DNA from: Octopus sinensis | Taxonomy: Eukaryota | Length of the DNA: 14,910 nucleotides | Direction of reading: 5' to 3' | Assembly: GCF_006345805.1 (NCBI RefSeq) | Contig: NW_021825651.1 | Coordinates: forward strand, 1-14,910 | Shown: positions 9,267-14,910 of the stretch, piece by piece | Numbering within the stretch: position 1 is the stretch's first letter | How the letters are laid out: the number at the start of each line of letters is the position of its first letter | Translations under genes and position numbers: made by a program | The notes under the pieces: model-generated | Seen by the model: the letters and a program-made list of their open reading frames with translations, nothing else | Database searches by the model: none | Told to the model about the DNA's origin: nothing

Positions 9267-10304
9267 GCTAGTTCGTCAGTCATATCTGATGATGACTTAG
9301 TGAGTACCAAAATAAATGAATAAAGAAAGAAAAGAGGAACGAGAAAAAGAAATATAAAGAAAACAAAAGCTGCCTAAAGTTATTATGACCGTCCACTGGT
9401 TTTCAATGAAGACAACGACTTCAACCATGCAGCACCTCAACAGGGGACACGTCCATACAGGGGAGTAGTGTGTCACAACTGTTTCTGTTTATGTTTATGT
9501 TTTGACCCTTCTTGTGGCTGAAGCTACGGAAGTAGTGATATTTCATTGTGGAAAATTTGTGATACTGCTACCGCCACAATGACAGGTCTACCGTCTGTAG
9601 CTCCAAGAAATTTCAGCCATTAGCAATCAATGAAGACCTGTACTTGACTACGTAGTACTTCAAAAAGGGACGGCAATCACGTGGAGTGGGGACAGGGAAC
9701 CGCAAACTCATCCCGCCTATATTACATCTTCCGTACGCCTTAAACCACGGAAGTGGCGATATTTGATCGCTGCAGATGTGAGGAATACTCCAACTACGAC
9801 AACAAGACTATTTGACCCTGATCTGGAGGGCTATACCACATTGACTTACTCGCTAGACACAGATGCAATGTGTTTTAAAGTGTGAAAGAGCTGCGCATAC
9901 AACAAACTCACACTCTTGTTCTCTCACAATATGTTTTCCCCGCCCTGTTAAGATAAATTCGAGACAACGGAGCTTATATGAGAATACAGGATATTGCCAA
10001 AGCGATTAAAGAAAATTTGCAGTACTTTTAACTTGATACATGTCCAGGCCATAAAACATCACTCCAGATGTTTATTCTTCATCATGGCTTGAAATCCAGC
10101 ATGATGAGATGTCGCTACTGGATTGCCAACACTGAGGGTGTTTAGATGAAGATTACTTATTACTTTCAAACCTCAACTGAATGAAATAGAAACAAACCAC
10201 TAACCGTACTCGCAGATTTTTAATGTGCATATTTACTACCTATTAGATGGCCATTGACTCCCATGAGTTCAAATACCTTCAGAAAGGTCTTGTTTATATC
10301 CTGC

Positions 10305-10341
10305 ATAACGATTTTGGACACTCTGCGTCCAAAATCGTTAT
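10305..10341. other. Perfect 15-bp inverted repeat with 7-nt loop
   Basis: ATAACGATTTTGGAC-actctgc-GTCCAAAATCGTTAT. Confidence 0.95.
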
Positions 10342-10945
10342 TCTCATCAAGCAAATATGGTGGTGCGGCCAGTGTAATCACTGATTACCCGACCATATAA
10401 CGGATCACACTTGGTTGCATTTTACCTGTAGCATCCTCAGTTCATTTAAGGTCGCATGGCACGTCTTGGAGATGTGAATATTTGTTATTGATTTCCCTCT
10501 CTACTCGCAAAACGTTCTCTTCACTGCTGAACATTTGATAAATACAATTATTTTAGTCACAGCCGCTTATCAAATGTCGCAGTGATAAAATATTATATTT
10601 AATTATGTATGTATGGATGGATGTACCTGATCTTGTGTTCCTTCTATGTTAGACACTGTTTTACATATAATCATATCGATAATCCTAAACGCGTTCCTAA
10701 AATATTGGAGCTGCAATTTGTCCATCAGTTCACCCTCATCGATATCTCTTTTACTTTTTTTTATTGGTTTCACTTATTGGATTGCAGTCATGTTCAAACA
10801 TCGCCTTCCAGGGCTTCAGTCGATTTTATCGATGTCATCACTTTGTCTGGTATTTATTTTATCGATATCTGTTTATGAAATGGTTAAATCCATATAAGGA
10901 AAGCAATTCTCAGACTAAATATCACAAGGCAATTTTCTTATAAAG

Positions 10946-11013
10946 TATATGTATGTTTGCATGTCGACGAATGGATTTAGCCATCCATTTGCCGATATGC
11001 AAACATACTTATA
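10946..11013 (+). other. 68-nt imperfect hairpin (31-bp stem, 6-nt loop)
   Basis: Arms 10946-10976 and 10983-11013 give 27 Watson-Crick pairs, 2 G-U and 2 mismatches by manual pairing. Confidence 0.85.
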
Positions 11014-11074
11014 TCTACACACACACACCACACCACACACACAAGTTTGGGAGGCTTTCCTACTTACTTTTTTA

Positions 11075-11280
11075 ACTTTACTTTCTAACATAGGCACAAA
11101 ACTGTAAATTTGGGTTCGAGAAGTGTATAGCACATTAAATCAAGTCCAACTTATTTTATCAACCTTGCAAGAATGAAAAGCAAATTCTACCACGGTGGGA
11201 TTTGAAACTCAAAACGTAAATGGGTGTTAAATGAACACATGGAAGCATTTTGTTTGATGCTCTACCGATTCTGCCAATTC
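11075..11280 (-). mobile_element. Highly diverged SINE, family B (Nin-domain-like)
   Basis: acttattttatcaaccttgcaagaatgaaaagcaaattctaccacggtgggatttgaaactcaaaacgtaaa...ctctaccgattctgcca resembles 7708-7908. Confidence 0.65.
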
Positions 11281-12656
11281 TCTATATTCTCTAATGTTGG
11301 TAACATTTTAGCACGGTTTACTCTCTGATTTTGGAAAACAGGTTCATATCTGTATGGATAACAACCACTGTGACTATACATAACTTTTCGCTTATGCTCC
11401 AGACAACAGCATCAAACCTGTTTTGTATGCACTTGACGGAAATTTTGATGGGAGTGTTTCACCAATATTCCTTGTGTTGATATTTATATATTCAATAACA
11501 AGGGTATTTTTACATTTATCTTAAGGTAGTCTCTGCTATGGGTGGAATTTGCATATCGTTTAGTCACGCCATCATATCACAATAGCAGACAGTACTTTGA
11601 TGGTAATTTTGAGAATCTACTGAATCTACGCGTAATATCTTTCACGGAAATGTGACATCTGGGGTGGGGGTAGGGGTTACATCAGTCTCTATTGTTGTTT
11701 GATGTTTCTTCTGCTCCTGGATTACAAAAGCGTACACTTCAAAATGTGACGTGAAGTAAAGGTCACCAGGCCAAAAGAGACTACACTCCATTTTCACGTC
11801 AGTATAATCTTAAAGTTAGCGGGAAACGCGTAACCTTTTCGTGGTATGCAGAATATTTCTCTTTCCAAATCTTCGCTGACATAAGCTAATCCAGCAATTC
11901 TTGAGAGGCACGGAAGGTATTCGAGATGTAAATATTTCTTGAGGAATCCACTACCAGCCCATAAGATGTGTACTCCTTACATCTGAGTTCCTGGTTGAAG
12001 CATATATTTTTTATGCTGTTCACTAATAGATGCTGTCAAACTGTCACCATACGAAGCTAAAAGACCGTATGCACTGTTCGAAAGCCTTTTTTTTTCCTTT
12101 ACCACTGAGATGCAGTCTGTCAATATCATTATTTCTGTGAAGGTTTCCACTTGATGACAAGATTTTTTGTGTTTAATACTTAACTAGAGGATTCCTTCTT
12201 TAGACCAGTCAAATATCCCAAATGTTGATATCAATACTGGATTTCAAATTGTTAGCAAGATGCTGTTTTGTTATAAAAGAGAAGCTACGACTGCCACACT
12301 TTTTAAAATCTGGCACAATATTACCTTGGTTTTTCTAGCTTTGTTCACAGCACCTTTATAAATGAAATGTTTCTACTATCAATTATAGACAAATCATTTG
12401 CGGAGGCTGTTTAGTTGAACACTCATAGCTCTCGTTCAGTGGAATAAAGGAGACAGAAAAACTATCGGCGATAACGCTAGAGACTGTAAAAATGTCAAAA
12501 TCTGTTTCTACATGGTTGTTATTTTTCTGAAAGAGCGTCCGGAAGATACATGCAATGCATACAGTAATGAAACAACTAAAATATAGGAAACCCATTTGGA
12601 TAATGAAACTAGAAGAAAGTAAACAATCTGCGTTGCAGAGTCGGACATTTAAGTAC

Positions 12657-12728
12657 GTGTGTGTATGTATGTATGTATGTATGTATGTATGTATGTATGT
12701 ATGTATGTATGTATGTATGTATGTATGT
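12657..12728. repeat. (TATG)n microsatellite abutting the 3' end of the Penelope-like fragment
   Basis: Directly visible. Confidence 0.96.
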
Positions 12729-12818
12729 AGTTGAAATTTGCAGATAAACAAAAGACGAATACAGTTGTATAAACAACAAGCAGGTGTATTAGTCTGACGC
12801 TCGGGAAGGTGAAAGAGT

Positions 12819-12854
12819 CTTTTACGTTTCGAGCCTACACTCTTCAACAGAAAG
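12819..12854 (-). ncRNA. Minimal type-I hammerhead-ribozyme-like motif
   Basis: Minus strand CUUU-CUGUUGA-A-GAGU-GUAG-GCUC-GAA-ACGU-A-AAAG: stem I CUUU/AAAG, stem II GAGU/GCUC, palindromic ACGU. The core differs from CUGANGA only at A6 (U), with an extra A after A9. Confidence 0.6.
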
Positions 12855-12987
12855 TAACACGATTGAATAAACAGAAAGAGAATAAAAAGACAAAGAATGA
12901 AAAAAAAACTTTTGGAGTTAGCAGTCAATCAAGGCGACTGGTTAGACAAAGAATTTAGACAGGAGATCTAGTAAGAAGGGGAGATAA

Positions 12988-13236
12988 TAAAGTACTGGTG
13001 ATCCCAAAATGAAGGTGCGATGGGTGCGTGTGTATATGTGAGAGTGTGTGTGTGTGCTGGTGAATTTGACGTGTGGATGTGTGCGAGTGTAAGTGTGTGC
13101 GTCCGTAATGAGTAAAGTACTGGTGATCCCAAAACGAAGGTGCGATGAGTGCGTGTGTATATGTGAGAGTGTGTGTGTGCTGGTGAATTTGACGTGTGGA
13201 TGTGTGCGAGTGTAAGTGTGTGCGTCCGTAATGAGT
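12988..13236. repeat. Tandem duplication, 2 x ~125 bp
   Basis: Copies 12988-13112 and 13113-13236 differ by two substitutions (t/c, g/a) and one GT unit. Confidence 0.95.
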
Positions 13237-13671
13237 GGGTGCTTGGATGATGGTGTGGGTGCTGAGACGTGTTCAGTGCTAGTGTGTATGGAGTGGTGTG
13301 GGGATGGTGCGATGTGGTGTGGTGGTGTTGAGATGTGAGGATATGAGGGTGGGGTGTGGGTTTGGGGTGAGGATGTAGGGTGGGGTATGTGGTAGTAGGA
13401 TGTGTGGGAGTGGGAGTGGATAGATGGGGTGTCAATGACAGGAGAAGGTGGGTAGGAGTGAAGAGAGGAAGTAGGTGTCAGATGAAGAGAGGAGAGGAGA
13501 AAGTCAGATGAAGAGGGGAAGGAGTTGAGCCCATGTGGCGCAAAGGAGCGAAGAGAGAAGATTAATTTTCGTTCACTGCGAAGACGGGAGTTAGCATGGC
13601 CCCTGTGCAAAGATAAGCCTAGATACAAGGCTCTTTCGTTGGAATTTCAACATCAACAATAGGGTATTTTT

Positions 13672-13688
13672 GTATGTATGTATGTATG

Positions 13689-13719
<31 letters not shown>

Positions 13720-13720
13720 G
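13672..13720. repeat. (TATG)n microsatellite
   Basis: Directly visible. Confidence 0.95.
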
Positions 13721-14084
13721 TACAGATTTGTATGCTTTGTATGTATTCTCATGTATGCATTCTCATGCATATTGTTGCATATCTAGACATGTTCATATAT
13801 ATTTAAATGACAAACCTCTGGAAAGTTTTACAGATTTTTACAGTTCCATTATGTATGTATGTAAGGGTTTTCTCCGTCAATGAAGGTTAAAAATTTATTT
13901 TGATTAACCACCTGCGCGGTGGTGAGTCTCTTAAGAAAATAGATTATTGTTCTCTTGGTTATTCTTTGAGTAACCATCCACCCTTTCAAGGTCTTGTAGA
14001 GTCTTATTGTCCCAGATATCGTGATCATCTCTAACGTTTGAATATATACAACAGAGAAACAGCTATGATATTTTCCCATGAGTG

Positions 14085-14176
14085 TGTGTGTGTGAGTGTG
14101 TGTGATATGTGTTTATGTATTGATACATACACGCATGCATCAAAATATGCAGGTATATGAGTATGTATATATTCAT

Positions 14177-14233
<57 letters not shown>

Positions 14234-14235
14234 CT
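14085..14235. repeat. (GT)n-rich and (TA)n microsatellites
   Basis: Directly visible. Confidence 0.9.
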
Positions 14236-14584
14236 GTATATAAACATGCACATACATGTATGTAGACATGATTTTATTCATGTATGTATTTTTGAATGCA
14301 TGCATCTACATGTAAGTATATAAGCTTTTCTTGGATTCATTGAAGCTCTTCGCAGAATTCAAGCCGAGCACTAACAAAGTAACAAGACTCCTTTGAATGA
14401 AGACACTTCCAAGAATTCCAGGGACTTGCGAATATGGGAGTAAGTATGCGGTTATATGTATAAGTGTAGATGCATGTTCTCATGAAATAGGTACACATGT
14501 CTCTTTTGCACACATATGTGTGTGTGTATATGTGTACATGTGTATCTATGTGTGTGTACTTGATTATCCATTATGTACTCATGT

Positions 14585-14595
14585 ATACACACACA

Positions 14596-14641
<46 letters not shown>
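14585..14641. repeat. (CA)n-(TA)n microsatellite
   Basis: Directly visible. Confidence 0.95.
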
Positions 14642-14642
<1 letters not shown>

Positions 14643-14910
14643 GGGGGTGGTGTATATATTTGTATGCCATATACACCTCATTGTGTGCATATTTTCATAC
14701 CAGTAAACTAAAATAGAGAATCCCTGGAATCTTCATTGTATCACTAATCGATTATATTTTAAAGAAGCAAGTCGGTCTTTCTTCGAAAATTCCTGCATTT
14801 CTAGGCTTTATTCAGATCTGCAGTTAGAGAACCAAGTGCACCAACGATAATAGGTATAAATGAAAACCTATAGCCTGGATACTACAGCTATAAGCTTCTC
14901 ATTAGTTCAT

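Larger units (their letters stand above)
9370..12655 (-). other. High-complexity block of unknown origin, possibly a decayed coding cassette
   Basis: Almost free of microsatellites apart from a SINE and short (CA)n at ~11020-11280. Protein-like but stop-interrupted minus-strand frames; no family recognised. Confidence 0.25.
12730..13628 (-). mobile_element. Penelope-like element (PLE) 3' fragment: GIY-YIG endonuclease C-terminus, low-complexity 3' region and hammerhead-like motif
   Basis: 13518-13628 translates to LYLGLSLHRGHANSRLRSERKLIFSLRSFAPHGLNSF, matching from recall the PLE GIY-YIG tail pattern GLSLHxG..SR...E.K.IF.L....PHG.N..F. The probable original stop is TGA at 13504-13506 (frameshifted). 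A hammerhead-like motif lies on the same strand downstream. Confidence 0.75.

Noticed and set aside
9266-9310. CTGATGA motif with a small GTCAT/ATGAC stem, suggesting a hammerhead core or box C/D
   Set aside because: There is no correctly placed GAAA or stem I, and no C/D box pair with a terminal stem.
12942-13628. 228-aa His/Pro/Thr-rich ORF, and overlapping 155-aa ORF 12968..13435, as real genes
   Set aside because: Only the first ~37 codons are GIY-YIG-like. The rest is read-through into the low-complexity CA-rich 3' region and the tandem duplication after a frameshift near the original stop.
1-14910. CRISPR arrays, rRNA or true tRNA genes, prokaryotic operons, Helitron helicase motifs
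   Set aside because: None were seen. The tRNA-like boxes belong to SINE heads, and no Pif1/Rep motifs were found in manual translations of 9370-12655.

Overview
AT-rich, microsatellite-dense eukaryotic non-coding DNA. The SINE families and repeat style resemble Octopus/coleoid cephalopod genomes (inference from recall, not tested). No host protein-coding exon is supported, and almost all ORFs in the track are translations of (TA)n, (CA)n, (CATA)n, (CTAT)n or (GA)n arrays. The real content is retroelement and transposon debris: (i) a 5'-truncated, decayed R4/Dong-clade non-LTR retrotransposon (minus strand, ~5523-6557; RT thumb, CCHC knuckle, restriction-like endonuclease) ending in a (TAA)~30 array; (ii) a Penelope-like element 3' fragment (minus strand, ~12730-13628; GIY-YIG C-terminus) with a minimal hammerhead-ribozyme-like motif, plus a second related hammerhead-like motif at 4501-4535 whose stem I covaries; (iii) about seven tRNA-derived SINE copies from three to four modular families; (iv) two hAT-type MITEs with 8-bp TSDs. 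Unexplained items are a ~3.3 kb high-complexity block (~9370-12655) that may be a decayed gene cassette and holds two strong hairpins, and a split U6 snRNA-like match lying antisense to the GIY-YIG coding remnant.
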